From Thermoanaerobaculia bacterium (lineage in GTDB: Bacteria > Acidobacteriota > Thermoanaerobaculia > UBA5066), in NCBI GenBank assembly GCA_038245905.1, contig JBBRRY010000025.1:1-60021 (forward strand): a stretch of DNA of 60,021 nt, written 5' to 3'. How positions within the stretch are numbered: the stretch's first letter is position 1; the number at the start of each line of letters is the position of its first letter. Both the position numbers and the translations under genes were made by a program. Of the stretch, positions 27,889 through 38,184 are shown piece by piece. The notes under the pieces are model-generated. The model was given only the letters and a program-made list of their open reading frames with translations, was not told where the DNA came from and ran no database searches.

Positions 27889-29391
27889 CTACGGCTGCAC
27901 GCCGGGAAGGTGGAACGGACCGTAGGTAGCGAGGACGAGGATGGCCGCGCCGACGACCGCGGTCAGGTAGGTGGCGCGATCCTTCGTGGCGAAGAGGACG
28001 GGGTCTTCGTCCATCTCGCCCCGGTTGACGAGGACCCAGATCCGGCTGATCCAGTAAAGGAAGACCGGCACGATCAGCCACAGCCACGCCGGGCTCGCAT
28101 AGAGACGCCTCACCGTGTCGCTCTGGAGGTAGAGCGCAAGGACGATCGCGGCCAGATAACCGCTCGTGATGCCGCAGGACTGCACGGTGAGGTGATCCCA
28201 CGTGAAATATGCCCGGCCCTGAGCCTCGATCATCTCGGATTTCTTGAGCCGTACCAGCTCGGAGGCCCGCTTGCAGAACGCGAGGCTCAGGAACGTGAAG
28301 ACCGAAAATGCGAGAAACCACGGCGAGAGGAGGAGACCCGTCGCGGCGCCGCCGAGGAGAACGCGGAGGGTGTAAAGAAGCGACAGCGTGAAGACGTCAA
28401 CGAGCACGAGCCGCTTCAGGAAAAGGGAATACGCCGTCGTCACGACGAGGTAGACGCCGATGAGCTTCAAGGCATCCACCGGGAGCCTCAGCGAGATCGC
28501 GATGCCCGACCCCATCAGGAGAAGGGACAGGACGATCGCCAGGGGAATTGCCAGGCTTCCGCTCGCGAGAGGCCGGCGCCACTTTTCGGGATGCCGGCGA
28601 TCGGAATCCAGATCTAAGAGATCGTTGAGAAGGTAAATGCTCGACGCACAAAACGAGATCGCCACGAACGCCAGGGCGCCCGCGGAGAGGATCCCGGCGT
28701 CTTGCAGCTTGTGCGCCGTGATGATCGGAATGAAGACGAGGAGGTTCTTGACCCACTGGCGCGCACGCATGGCCGCGACGATCGTCTTCAGTCTAAAGGG
28801 AGGCCGCGGGAAGAGCTCGGCGAGATTTCCGTCCCGGCGAAGGCCCGTCTCGACGGCGTGCGACGCATTCACCGCGATCGCCCGGCGCGCCTTCTTCCAG
28901 ACGGGCCTGTCCACCTCTCCGTTTCCGGCGTAGTCGAATCCCCGGTCTCCAAACCGCTCCACGAGTACCCGCGCTTTGGCCTCGCCGCCGAGGTTCGTCG
29001 TGCCGTCGCTCCCCACGACCTCGTCGAAGATCTCGAGGTGCTGGGCGACGCTCTCCGCCCAGATACGGTCGGACGCGGTCGCGAGGACGAGGCGCCGCCC
29101 TTGGTCCTTCTCCTTCCGAAGAAATTGCAGGAGACGAAGGTCATAGGGAAGCGTCGACGGTTCGAGTGCGACTCTCTTCGCGAGCTCCCTCTTGAAGCCC
29201 GCCTTGCCCTTCGAAAGCCAGAACGGAGCCATGAAGAGCGGCCCCGGTCCCGCCTTCGCGAGCCGCGCGAGACCCTCGAAGAGGAGATCGCTTCGGACCA
29301 GCGTCCCGTCGAGATCGACACAGAGAGGAACCTCGGCACCCGCGGTGTCCGCTGTCCCCGGGTCTTCTTTCGCGCCAATCAAGAAAAACAT
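27889..29391 (-). CDS. UbiA-family prenyl/phosphoribosyltransferase with an N-terminal HAD-like domain
   Basis: VDLDGTL, QWVKN, NDLLD..DRRHP.K..RP, DEDPVLFA. The start may be TTG at 29382. Confidence 0.9.
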   Translation of the reverse strand: MFFLIGAKEDPGTADTAGAEVPLCVDLDGTLVRSDLLFEGLARLAKAGPGPLFMAPFWLSKGKAGFKRELAKRVALEPSTLPYDLRLLQFLRKEKDQGRRLVLATASDRIWAESVAQHLEIFDEVVGSDGTTNLGGEAKARVLVERFGDRGFDYAGNGEVDRPVWKKARRAIAVNASHAVETGLRRDGNLAELFPRPPFRLKTIVAAMRARQWVKNLLVFIPIITAHKLQDAGILSAGALAFVAISFCASSIYLLNDLLDLDSDRRHPEKWRRPLASGSLAIPLAIVLSLLLMGSGIAISLRLPVDALKLIGVYLVVTTAYSLFLKRLVLVDVFTLSLLYTLRVLLGGAATGLLLSPWFLAFSVFTFLSLAFCKRASELVRLKKSEMIEAQGRAYFTWDHLTVQSCGITSGYLAAIVLALYLQSDTVRRLYASPAWLWLIVPVFLYWISRIWVLVNRGEMDEDPVLFATKDRATYLTAVVGAAILVLATYGPFHLPGVQP

Positions 29392-29440
29392 TCTATGCCC
29401 CGGGCGCCAGGACGACTCCTCCGGCGCTAGACTTCGCGCT

Positions 29441-32103
29441 CTGGCTATCGCGACGGGAACTCGACTCGGGCCTTACGAGGTCCTCTCCCTGCTAGGCGCG
29501 GGCGGGATGGGAGAGGTCTACCGGGCGAAGGACTCGCGCGTCGACTGAGTGGTTGCACTGAAGGTACTGCCCGAGGATTTCTTAGAAGGTGAAGAGAGAA
29601 GAGAGCGCTTTGCGCGCGAGGCGAAGCTGCTCGCGAGCCTGAATCATCCGGGGATCGCCACCCTCTATTCATTCGAAGAAATCCCCTCTTCGTCTTCCTC
29701 CTCGACCCGCCACATCCTCGTCATGGAGCTGCTCGAGGGCGAGACTCTCAGGCAGGCGATCGCGGCGGGCAAGCTGCCGCTCCGGCGCGCCATCGACTGG
29801 GCGATCCAGATCGCGCACGGCCTCGCGGCCACGCACGAGAAGGGCGTCGTCCACCGGGACCTCAAGCCCGAGAACCTGTTCGTCACGAAGGACGGCCGGA
29901 TCAAGATTCTCGACTTCGGTCTCGCGAAGCTGGCAGAAAAAGGCGGCGGAGACTCCGGCTCGAATCTGCAGACCGCGGCCCGCGGCACGGAGCCCGGCGT
30001 CTCCTCGGCACGATGGGCTACATGTCTCCCGAGCAAGTCCGCGGGAGGTCCGCCGATGCGCGGAGCGACCTCTTCGCGTTCGGCGCCATCCTCTACGAGA
30101 TGCTCTCGGGAAAGAAGGCATTCGCGGGCGATTCGGGTGCCGACGTCATCATGTCGATCCTCCGGGAGGAACCGGCCGACCTCTCGCTCACGAACCAGAG
30201 CGTCCCGCCGGGACTCGAGCGCATCGTCCGGCGCTGCCTCGAGAAGAGCCCGGAGCAGCGCTTCCAGTCGGCGGGCGACCTCGCGTTCGCGCTCGAGAGC
30301 CTGTCGTCGGACTCCGCGGCCGCGCGCGCGGTCGCGCACGGCGTCGCGCCGTCGCGCCTCGTGAAACGGCGCGCGCTTTTCTTCGGTGTCTCTTCCGCGC
30401 TCCTCGTCGCGGGCTTCCTCGCAGGCCGGGCGGTCCGGACGACGTCCCCCGTGCCGTCGCTCCTGTTCGAACGCGTGTCTTCCGAGCCGGGAATCGAGCG
30501 GTCGCCCGCCCTCTCGCCCGACGGCGAGAGCGTCGCCTACGTGAAGGCGGTCGGCGGGAAGCGGCACATCTTCGTCCAGCGCGTCGGGAGCGACAAGCCC
30601 ATCGACCTCTCGGCCGACTCGCCCGACGAGGATCGCTTCGACCCCGCCTTTTCTGCCGACGGCTCGCTCATCGCGTTCCAGTCGGGCGGCGAAGGGGGCG
30701 GCATCTTCCTCATGGGCCCCCTCGGCGAATCGGTCCGGCGGCTGACCGACGAGGGCTACGGCCCGGCGTTCACGCCGGACGGCCGCGAGATCGTCTACTC
30801 GGAGGAGGCCGCCCTCTCGCCCCTCGCGCGAGGCAAGCGCGCACGCATCTGGGCCGCCGAGGTCGCGACCGGAAAGAAGCGGATGCTCTTCGGACCAGAC
30901 GCGATCGAGCCCGCGGTCTCGCCGCACGGCAAGCGGGTCGCGTTCTGGGGACTCGTCGGCGACACGGCGCAGCGGGACATCTGGACCATTCCCCTGGCGG
31001 GGCTCAAGGAAGGCGAGAAGCCCGTCCCCGTGACGAACGACGCCGCGGTGGACTTCAGCCCGTTCTGGTCCGCCGACGAGACACTTCTCTACTTCGGCAG
31101 CGACCGCGGTGGAAGCTTCAACCTCTGGCGGGTCCCCATCGACGAGGCTTCGGGAGTCCCGCACGGCGCGCCGGAGCCGGTCACGCTGCCCGTCACGTGG
31201 GCCGGGACGTTCCCGGGCTCCTTTCGGGGGTCGCGGAACGGCCGGCGGATCGCCTTCACCGCGCCCGCCGAGCTCATCACGTTCGAAAGGCTCGCGCTCG
31301 AGCCCGGCACGCTCAATCCGGTCGGTCCGCCCGTCGTCCTCAGGCGCAGCTCCACCGCGTTCGAGGACATCCAGATCTCTCCGGACGGCACGACGCTCGC
31401 GATCCGCACGGCCGGACGCATCGAGGAGCTCTGCCTCGCCACGTCCGACGGGCAGAGGGTCCGCCGCCTCACTCACGACGAGTTTCGCAACCGCGCCCCC
31501 GTCTTCACGGCGGATGGCAAGCGCCTCGTCTTCTACTCGAACCGGGAAGGCGACTATGGCGCGTATTCGGTCGCGACGGACGGCAGCGGCCTCGCGCGGC
31601 TCACGCCCAAGGGCTCGCCGTTCTACCTCTACCCCGCGATCTCCCCGGACGGGCGCTTCCTCGCGGCGTCTTCGTTCGACGCGCGCGTGGCTGTGTTTCC
31701 GCTCGTCGCGGGGGCCGGGGGCGCGCTGTCGGTCGGCTCGCCCATCTCCGAATTCACGTCCCGCTGGCCGTGGAGCTGGTCTCCCGACGGTACGCGCCTG
31801 CTGGCCGCGGGGCGCGGGGGCGATTTCCCAATCGAGGTCTTCCTCTGCACTCCCGCGACGAAATCCTGCGAGCCCCTCGGCGTCCGCGCGTACGTCGCGC
31901 AGTTCGCGCCGGACGGCAAGCGGGCCATCGTGTCGACGCCGGACGGCATCCGCGTCCTCGACCTCGTCACCCGCCAGTCGCGACTGATTCACCCGGCGCC
32001 CGAGGGCACGTTGTTCCGGATCGCGCTCTCCCGCGACGGGCGAAACCTCTACTTCCTCAGAAACGTCACCGAGAGCGACATCTGGGTGGGCACGTTCAAG
32101 TAA
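29441..32103 (+). pseudogene. Ser/Thr kinase + TM + PD40/TolB-like beta-propeller, disrupted
   Basis: AIATGTRLGPYEV..GAGGMGEVY; in-frame TGA at 29546-29548; one-base loss near 30001 before LGTMGYMSPE; CTG at the start position. Confidence 0.85.
29576..29596 (+). repeat. Dispersed intragenic motif, copy 1
   Basis: GATTTCTTAGAAGGTGAAGAG. Confidence 0.7.
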
Positions 32104-32132
32104 ATATCGCCGCCGGAACGAAACTCGGCCCG
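32104..32132 (+). pseudogene. N-terminal stub of a second tandem kinase gene
   Basis: IAAGTKLGP immediately after the stop, matching the family's N-terminus. Confidence 0.5.
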
Positions 32133-32163
32133 ATCCCGCCGGACGACCGCGAAAAAGGTCCCT

Positions 32164-34248
32164 CTAGCTGCTCTTCCGGAGCACGAACAACGCAACCAGA
32201 GCGAGCACCAACCCCAGGAACGCGAGGACGTTCGGTGCGAGCGTCGGAACGGCCGCCACCCCACCGGCAGGTACCGGCGTCGGAGTCAATGTCGGCGTCG
32301 GGGTGGGCCCCACCGGAGTCGAGGTGGGAGTCGCGGTCACGGTCGCCGTCGGCGTCACCGTGGGAGTCGGCGTGGGCCCCGGTCCCGCGAGGCACTGCGA
32401 GAACTCGGAGGTGCTTCCCGCGGGATCCGTCGCCGTCGACGTGATGACCGTCTCGCCGGCGGGGACAGGCAGGGTCACGTTGAAGCTCCCGTTGCACGTC
32501 CCGTCCGTCACGACGGTCGCCGAGCCGAGATACGTCCGCCCCGGTCCGTAATTGAAGGAGCCGCCGCTGCACGCCGGGCTCGAATAGAAGTCGACCTGAA
32601 AGGAGGTCGACGCCGTCGAGTTCAGCGTGCCGGCGATCGTGACGTTTCCGCCCCCGAAGACCGTGCTCGTGACGACCGGGAAGTTCTGGAACCCGTTCGG
32701 GCCGGTATCCGCGTCGCACGCGTCGTTGAAGACGGGCTCCGTGGTCGAGGAGAGGCTGATCCCGAAGCCGAACAGTGCGGAGAGCGCGATCGAGTTGCCG
32801 CGGATCGTGGTCCTGTTCGAGGCGCCGCGGACAGCCACGCCCGTTCCGGACGACCCCATCATGATCCGGTTCCCCGCCCCCGGGGCGATTCCGCCGACCG
32901 TCGAGGTCGTCGCGGTGGTCGGCGAGAAGACGAGGATCTCCCCGTTGCCGTCCGGCAGGGGCGTCACGCCGTCCACCTGGGTCCCGACGTAGTTGCCCTG
33001 AATCGTTACGTTTGCATCGGAGGAAGTGATGCCGCTCGACAGGTTGCCGGCGATCACGTTCCGCGCCGCCGCGGTCGTCCCGCCGATCAGGGACGTGCCC
33101 CCGTTCTGGATCGTGATTCCGTCGCCGTTCCCGCGCGCGAGCGTTCCAGTCACGTCCGTCCCGATCAGGTTCCCCTGGACGGTCGACGAGGTTGCCCCGT
33201 TGAGGCGGATGCCGCTGCCCGAGACGCTCCCGGCGATCACGTTCCTCGCTCCCGGCGTAGTCCCGCCGATGAGAACGGCGCCGAGCGTGGCCGCCGGATT
33301 CCGGATGACCGCGATCGCGTCGCCCCCGTTGCCGATCGCCGTCGTCCCGGTCACGTCGAGGCCGATCGTGTTTCCCTGGATCGTCACGGCTCCAATCGTT
33401 CCGTTGCCTCCCCCGTTCTGGATGAAGATGCCGTATAGCGTGTTTCCCGAGATCAGGTTCCCGGATCCGGCGGCCGTCCCGCCGATCGTGACGGTTCCGA
33501 GTACATCGCCCGTGCCCGCGATGGCGACCACGCCATAGGCCGAAAGGATGGCTGCGGTGCCGGAGGCGTTCGTCCCGAGATAGTTGCCCTGGATGACCGC
33601 GCTCGGGATGCTGGGCGAGAAGCCCGAGAGACTCTGGACGTTGATGGCCGCTGTGTTGCCGGCGATGACGTTGCGCTGCGCCGGAGTCGTTCCGCCCACG
33701 AGGACGTTTGCCGCGCCGGCATAGACCCCGTAATTCGAGCCTCCGCCCAATGCCGTTCCCCCGGCGTTCGTGCCGAGGAAATTTCCCTGGATCGTCGTGT
33801 TGTCGGCGAAAACCAGAATCAGCGCGAGGCCGTTCGAGCCCCGCATCGCGAGCCCCCGGACGACCGAGTTCGGCGCGGTCGAGTTGATCTGGAACGCAAA
33901 AAAGCCGTTGACGTTGATCTCCACCTGAAGGACGGCGTCGTCTCCGACGGCAAGGGTGTTCGCGCTGGAGCCCGGCTGCGTGTAGCCGTCGATCGTGACG
34001 CTGTCGGTCACGGTGGGAAAGTGGGACGCGAGTGTGATCGTGTGGAGTCCCGCACCAGGGATCGCAAACACGATCGTGTCGGCGCCGGCCGCGGTGTTCG
34101 CGTCGGTGATCGCCTGTCGCAGCGATCCAGCGCCGGTGTCGCTCGTGTTCGTGACGGTGAATGTCGCCGCCGCCACGGGACGGCCCGCAAGAAGGACGGC
34201 GGACGCTCCGAACGCGCCCAGCCGCGCGAGATTTCTGAGGAAATACAT
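32164..34248 (-). CDS. Secreted right-handed beta-helix protein with PT linker and IPTL-CTERM-like sorting signal
   Basis: FTVTNTSDTGAGSLRQAI; repeats GGT....N.I.GN and IQGN.(I/L/V)G; TSEFS; (PT)n; VPTL-TM-RK. Confidence 0.85.
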   Translation of the reverse strand: MYFLRNLARLGAFGASAVLLAGRPVAAATFTVTNTSDTGAGSLRQAITDANTAAGADTIVFAIPGAGLHTITLASHFPTVTDSVTIDGYTQPGSSANTLAVGDDAVLQVEINVNGFFAFQINSTAPNSVVRGLAMRGSNGLALILVFADNTTIQGNFLGTNAGGTALGGGSNYGVYAGAANVLVGGTTPAQRNVIAGNTAAINVQSLSGFSPSIPSAVIQGNYLGTNASGTAAILSAYGVVAIAGTGDVLGTVTIGGTAAGSGNLISGNTLYGIFIQNGGGNGTIGAVTIQGNTIGLDVTGTTAIGNGGDAIAVIRNPAATLGAVLIGGTTPGARNVIAGSVSGSGIRLNGATSSTVQGNLIGTDVTGTLARGNGDGITIQNGGTSLIGGTTAAARNVIAGNLSSGITSSDANVTIQGNYVGTQVDGVTPLPDGNGEILVFSPTTATTSTVGGIAPGAGNRIMMGSSGTGVAVRGASNRTTIRGNSIALSALFGFGISLSSTTEPVFNDACDADTGPNGFQNFPVVTSTVFGGGNVTIAGTLNSTASTSFQVDFYSSPACSGGSFNYGPGRTYLGSATVVTDGTCNGSFNVTLPVPAGETVITSTATDPAGSTSEFSQCLAGPGPTPTPTVTPTATVTATPTSTPVGPTPTPTLTPTPVPAGGVAAVPTLAPNVLAFLGLVLALVALFVLRKSS

Positions 34249-34442
34249 ACGAACTCCCTGTTCGAAACGACTCGGTGGTCAAAAATGAGCTTCTAATTGC
34301 TGCGCAGAGAGACAGCGGTCATATCACCGATCACGCGGTGACAGGTGATTTTTTCCACGAAGATCTCGCCGCCCTCTAGTCCGTCGGCGTGCCCGTGAAC
34401 TACCACCGCCCAGCGCGACGGGATCTCTGAGGCGCGCCGGGA

Positions 34443-35969
34443 CTACTCGGCTTCCAGATATGCCGCGAGCCCGTGGCGGCCGCCTTCGCGACCGAAGCCG
34501 GACTCCTTGTAGCCGCCGAACGGCGACGTCGGGTCGAACTTGTTGTACGTGTTCGCCCAGACGACGCCCGCGCGGAGCTTCTGCGAGATCTTGAAGATCT
34601 TGGAGCCCTTGTCCGTCCAGACGCCGGCCGAGAGGCCGTACATCGTGTTGTTCGCCTTCTCGACGGCCTCGTCCGGCGTGCGGAAGGTCTGGACGGCGAG
34701 GACCGGGCCGAAGATCTCCTCGTTCGCGATGCGGAAGCTCTGCGCGACGTTCGTGAAGAAGCTCGGCGGGAACCAGTAGCCCCGCGAAGGCAGCGTGCAG
34801 CCCGACTGCGTCAACACCGCCCCTTCGTCGATGCCCGACTGGACGAGCTCCCGGATCTTCTCGAGCTGCATCTTCGAGTTGATCGCGCCGACGTCCGTGT
34901 TCTTGTCCAGCGGGTCGCCGAGGCGGAGCGTCCGGATGCGCATGGCGAGCTTCCGGACGAGGACGTCGTGGACCGACTCCTCGACGAGAAGGCGTGAGCC
35001 CGCGCAGCAGACGTGGCCCTGGTTGAAGTAGATCCCGTTGATGATTCCCTCGACAGCCTGGTCGAGCGGCGCGTCCGCGAAGACGATGTTCGCGGCCTTG
35101 CCGCCCAGCTCGAGCGTGAGCCGCTTGCCTGTACCCGCGGCAGCCTTCTGGATCCGCTTGCCGACCTCGGTCGAGCCCGTGAACGCGACCTTGCGGACCT
35201 TCGGGTGCGTCACGAGCGCCGCGCCCGTCGCGCCCGCGCCCGTGATGACGTTCACGACGCCGGGCGGGAAGTCCGCCTCCTCGAAGAGGCGCGCGAGGTG
35301 CAGCGCCGTGAGCGGCGTCGTCTCGGCGGGCTTGAGGACGCTCGTGTTCCCGCACGCGAGTGCGGGGGCGAGCTTCCACGCGGCCATCAGGAGCGGGAAG
35401 TTCCACGGGATGACCTGACCGCAGACGCCGATCGGGCGCGCCTTGCGGCCCGGGAGCGCGTAGTCGAGCTTGTCGGCCCAGCCCGCGTAGTAGAAGAAGT
35501 GCGCCGCCGCGAGCGGCACGTCGATGTCGCGCGACTCCTTGATCGGCTTGCCGCCGTCCATTGTCTCGAGGACGGCGAACTCGCGTGCCTTTTCCTGCAG
35601 CATCCGCGCGATCCGGTAGAGGTACTTGCCTCGCTCCTTGCCCGGCATCCGCCGCCAGTACTTCTCGTACGCGCGCTCGGCCGAGCGAACGGCCGCGTCG
35701 ACGTCGGCGGCGCCGGCCTCGGCGACGGAGGCGAGCGTTTCTTCCGTCGCGGGGTTGATCGTGGAAAACCGCTTGCGCGACTTCGCGGGCACCCACTTGC
35801 CACCGACAAAGAGGTCATAGGAAGGCCGGATCGTCAGGTGCGACGTCGACTCCAGCGCGGGCGCGTACTCCCACTTGCCGAGGAAATCAGGCTCCACACG
35901 CGCGAGGGCGCGTGAGGGGGTCTTCCCTCTTCCCGTTCTAAGCAAATCTCTCTTCTTCTCTTCGGCCAT
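34443..35969 (-). CDS. Aldehyde dehydrogenase (deoC-linked)
   Basis: IPWNFP, KPAE, FTGSTEVG, LELGGK, NQGHVCCAG, EEIFGP. Confidence 0.93.
   Translation of the reverse strand: MAEEKKRDLLRTGRGKTPSRALARVEPDFLGKWEYAPALESTSHLTIRPSYDLFVGGKWVPAKSRKRFSTINPATEETLASVAEAGAADVDAAVRSAERAYEKYWRRMPGKERGKYLYRIARMLQEKAREFAVLETMDGGKPIKESRDIDVPLAAAHFFYYAGWADKLDYALPGRKARPIGVCGQVIPWNFPLLMAAWKLAPALACGNTSVLKPAETTPLTALHLARLFEEADFPPGVVNVITGAGATGAALVTHPKVRKVAFTGSTEVGKRIQKAAAGTGKRLTLELGGKAANIVFADAPLDQAVEGIINGIYFNQGHVCCAGSRLLVEESVHDVLVRKLAMRIRTLRLGDPLDKNTDVGAINSKMQLEKIRELVQSGIDEGAVLTQSGCTLPSRGYWFPPSFFTNVAQSFRIANEEIFGPVLAVQTFRTPDEAVEKANNTMYGLSAGVWTDKGSKIFKISQKLRAGVVWANTYNKFDPTSPFGGYKESGFGREGGRHGLAAYLEAE
35921..35950 (-). 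repeat. Dispersed intragenic motif, variant copy
   Basis: Minus strand reads GAGATTTGCTTAGAACGGGAAGAGGGAAGA. Confidence 0.5.
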
Positions 35970-35970
35970 T

Positions 35971-36912
35971 TCAATCCTTCGTGAATTCTTCTTCCGAGCG
36001 ATACCGGCCCGTCTCTTCCTTCTTGAGCTGCATGAGGCAGTCGTTGACGAGGCTGGACGCGCCGAACCGGAAGAGGTCGGGCGTGAGCCAGTCGGCACCG
36101 AGCGTCTCCTTGACGAGGACGAGGTAGTGGAGCGCCTGCTTGCTCGTCCGGATGCCGCCCGCGGGCTTCATGCCGATCTTGACGCCCGTTGCGAGCCAGT
36201 GGTCGCGGATCGCCTCGAGCATGCAGAGCGTCACGGGAGGCGTGGCCGCGGGCATGACCTTGCCGGTCGACGTCTTGATGAAGTCCGCCCCCGCCGCGAT
36301 CGCGAGGTCGGACGCGCGGCGGACGTTGTCGTACGTCTCGAGCTCGCCCGTTTCGAGGATGACCTTGAGGTGGGCCTCACCGCAGGTTTCCTTGACCGCC
36401 GCGATCTCGTCGAAGACCTTGCGGAGGTCGCCCGAGAGGAACGCGCCGCGGTCGATCACCATGTCGATCTCGTCCGCGCCGGCCGACACCGCTCGCTTGA
36501 CGTCGGTGAGCTTCAGAGACAGCGGCGAGCGGCCGGACGGGAACGCAGTCGCGACGCTCGCGACTTTCACGGTCGAGCCCGCGAGCGCCCGCTTCGCGAT
36601 CGCGACGAGGTCCGGGTAGATACAGACGGCCGCGACGGACGGGACCGAGAGGTCGGCCGGGTCAGGCCGGACAGCCTTCGCGCACATCTGGCGGATCTTG
36701 CCGGGAGAGTCCTTGCCTTCCAGCGTCGTCAGGTCGCACATCGAGATCGCGAGACGGATGCCGGCCACCTTCGTGGCCTTCTTGATCGAGCGCTTTCCGA
36801 GCGCGGCCGAGCGCTCCTCGAGCGCGACCTGGTCGACGGTCACGCTTCGGCCGGGGAACGGAAAGACGAGCGGCAGGGGCCGCTCCGCGAGGTCTTTCAC
36901 GTCCGATTTCAC
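35971..36912 (-). CDS. deoC: Deoxyribose-phosphate aldolase
   Basis: DLTTLEG, GADEIDMV, LKVILETGEL, FIKTSTGK, KPAGGIR, RFGASSL. Confidence 0.93.
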   Translation of the reverse strand: MKSDVKDLAERPLPLVFPFPGRSVTVDQVALEERSAALGKRSIKKATKVAGIRLAISMCDLTTLEGKDSPGKIRQMCAKAVRPDPADLSVPSVAAVCIYPDLVAIAKRALAGSTVKVASVATAFPSGRSPLSLKLTDVKRAVSAGADEIDMVIDRGAFLSGDLRKVFDEIAAVKETCGEAHLKVILETGELETYDNVRRASDLAIAAGADFIKTSTGKVMPAATPPVTLCMLEAIRDHWLATGVKIGMKPAGGIRTSKQALHYLVLVKETLGADWLTPDLFRFGASSLVNDCLMQLKKEETGRYRSEEEFTKD

Positions 36913-36935
36913 GTCGCGCAGTCTACGCCCGCGCG

Positions 36936-38168
36936 TCACTCGTACCGCAGCGCCTCGGACGGGTTCATCCGCGCGGCCCGGCGCGCCGGGAGCAGCGATG
37001 CGCCGAGGACGAGCAGGAGGCCGACACCGAGGATCCCGAGCACGTGGAGCGGCTCGGGCCGGAACGGCATCCACGTGAGGTAGTAAACCTTCGCGATCTC
37101 GGGCGGAAAGCGCACGACCCGGAAAGCCGTCAGGAGAAAACACACGACGAGCCCGAAGAGCACGCCGAGGACGAGGCCGCTCCCGCCGAGCAGCATCCCC
37201 GACAGGCGAAACGTGCGGGCCACGAGGACGGGCGAGGCGCCGAGCGCCGCGAGGACGCCCACGTCCCGCGTCTTCTCGGCGAGGAGGACGACGAGAGACG
37301 ACACGACCGTGCCCGCGGCCACGGCCACGATGAGCGTCAGGACGATGAAGAGGAGCGTCTGCTGGACCTCGAGCGCCTCGAAGAGGTCGCGGTTCAGGAC
37401 CTTCCAGTCGAGCACGGTCGCGTTCTCTCCGAGAAGCTTCCGCGCCGCGGCGACGGTCTCCGCCGAGGCGGACGGCTTCACGAGCTTCATTTCCCAGACG
37501 CCCTGCCGCGCGCCCGGGGGCGCGAGCCGCTCGAAGACGGCGAGCGGAACCACCGCCCACCCGTCGTCCACCTCGGAGAAACCCGTCTCCACGACCGCCG
37601 CGACCGTCACGGGCGTGCGCGCCGCCACGGAGAGCCCCGCCGCGAGCGCCGCGGACGACGTCTCGAGGACGATCGTTCCTCCGACGGGTGCGCCGAGTCG
37701 CTTCGCGAGGCCGGCTCCCAGGAGGACGGGCGTCGCCCCTTTGGCTTCGAGCTCGCCGAACGATTTCGCGAGGCCGGGCACCGCGCCGAGGAGCCTCGTG
37801 GTCGTGAGGCCGTCGGGCAACTCGAGCGCCTTCACGAGGGCGTCGACGCCTTCGGGTGCACGCGCCGAAAGGAGGAGGGCCGGGGCGAACGCCGTGCGGG
37901 CCACCGCGGCGACATTCGGGAGCGCGCCGAGCGCCGAGCGCTGCTCCTCTACGTTCGCGCCGGGCAGGGGCATGGCGATCACTTCCGCGCTCGTCCCGGC
38001 GAGCTTCTCGGCAAGGTCGTGCCGGTATCCGGACATGAGGCCCATCGCGACGACGAGCGATGCGGCCCCGAGCGCGATGCCGAAGAGCGCGAGGAGCGAA
38101 ACGGTCTTCGGCAGCCCGCGCCGGCTGCCGAGCAGAAACCGCTTCGCCAGGAAGGCGGGGACGTTCAC
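36936..38168 (-). CDS. LolC/E-like (FtsX/MacB family) ABC permease
   Basis: GIALGAASLVVAMGLMSG, DWKVLN, EKTRDVGVLAALGA, PARRAARMNPSEALRYE. Confidence 0.85.
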   Translation of the reverse strand: MNVPAFLAKRFLLGSRRGLPKTVSLLALFGIALGAASLVVAMGLMSGYRHDLAEKLAGTSAEVIAMPLPGANVEEQRSALGALPNVAAVARTAFAPALLLSARAPEGVDALVKALELPDGLTTTRLLGAVPGLAKSFGELEAKGATPVLLGAGLAKRLGAPVGGTIVLETSSAALAAGLSVAARTPVTVAAVVETGFSEVDDGWAVVPLAVFERLAPPGARQGVWEMKLVKPSASAETVAAARKLLGENATVLDWKVLNRDLFEALEVQQTLLFIVLTLIVAVAAGTVVSSLVVLLAEKTRDVGVLAALGASPVLVARTFRLSGMLLGGSGLVLGVLFGLVVCFLLTAFRVVRFPPEIAKVYYLTWMPFRPEPLHVLGILGVGLLLVLGASLLPARRAARMNPSEALRYE

Positions 38169-38184
38169 AGCCCGAAGCTCAGCG

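Noticed and set aside
32270-32385. Tandem repeat or CRISPR-like array
   Set aside because: It encodes the Pro-Thr linker; there is no spacer structure and no cas gene in the window.
27879-34442. Mobile element explaining the ALDH cluster interruption
   Set aside because: No transposase, integrase, terminal repeat or target duplication was seen.
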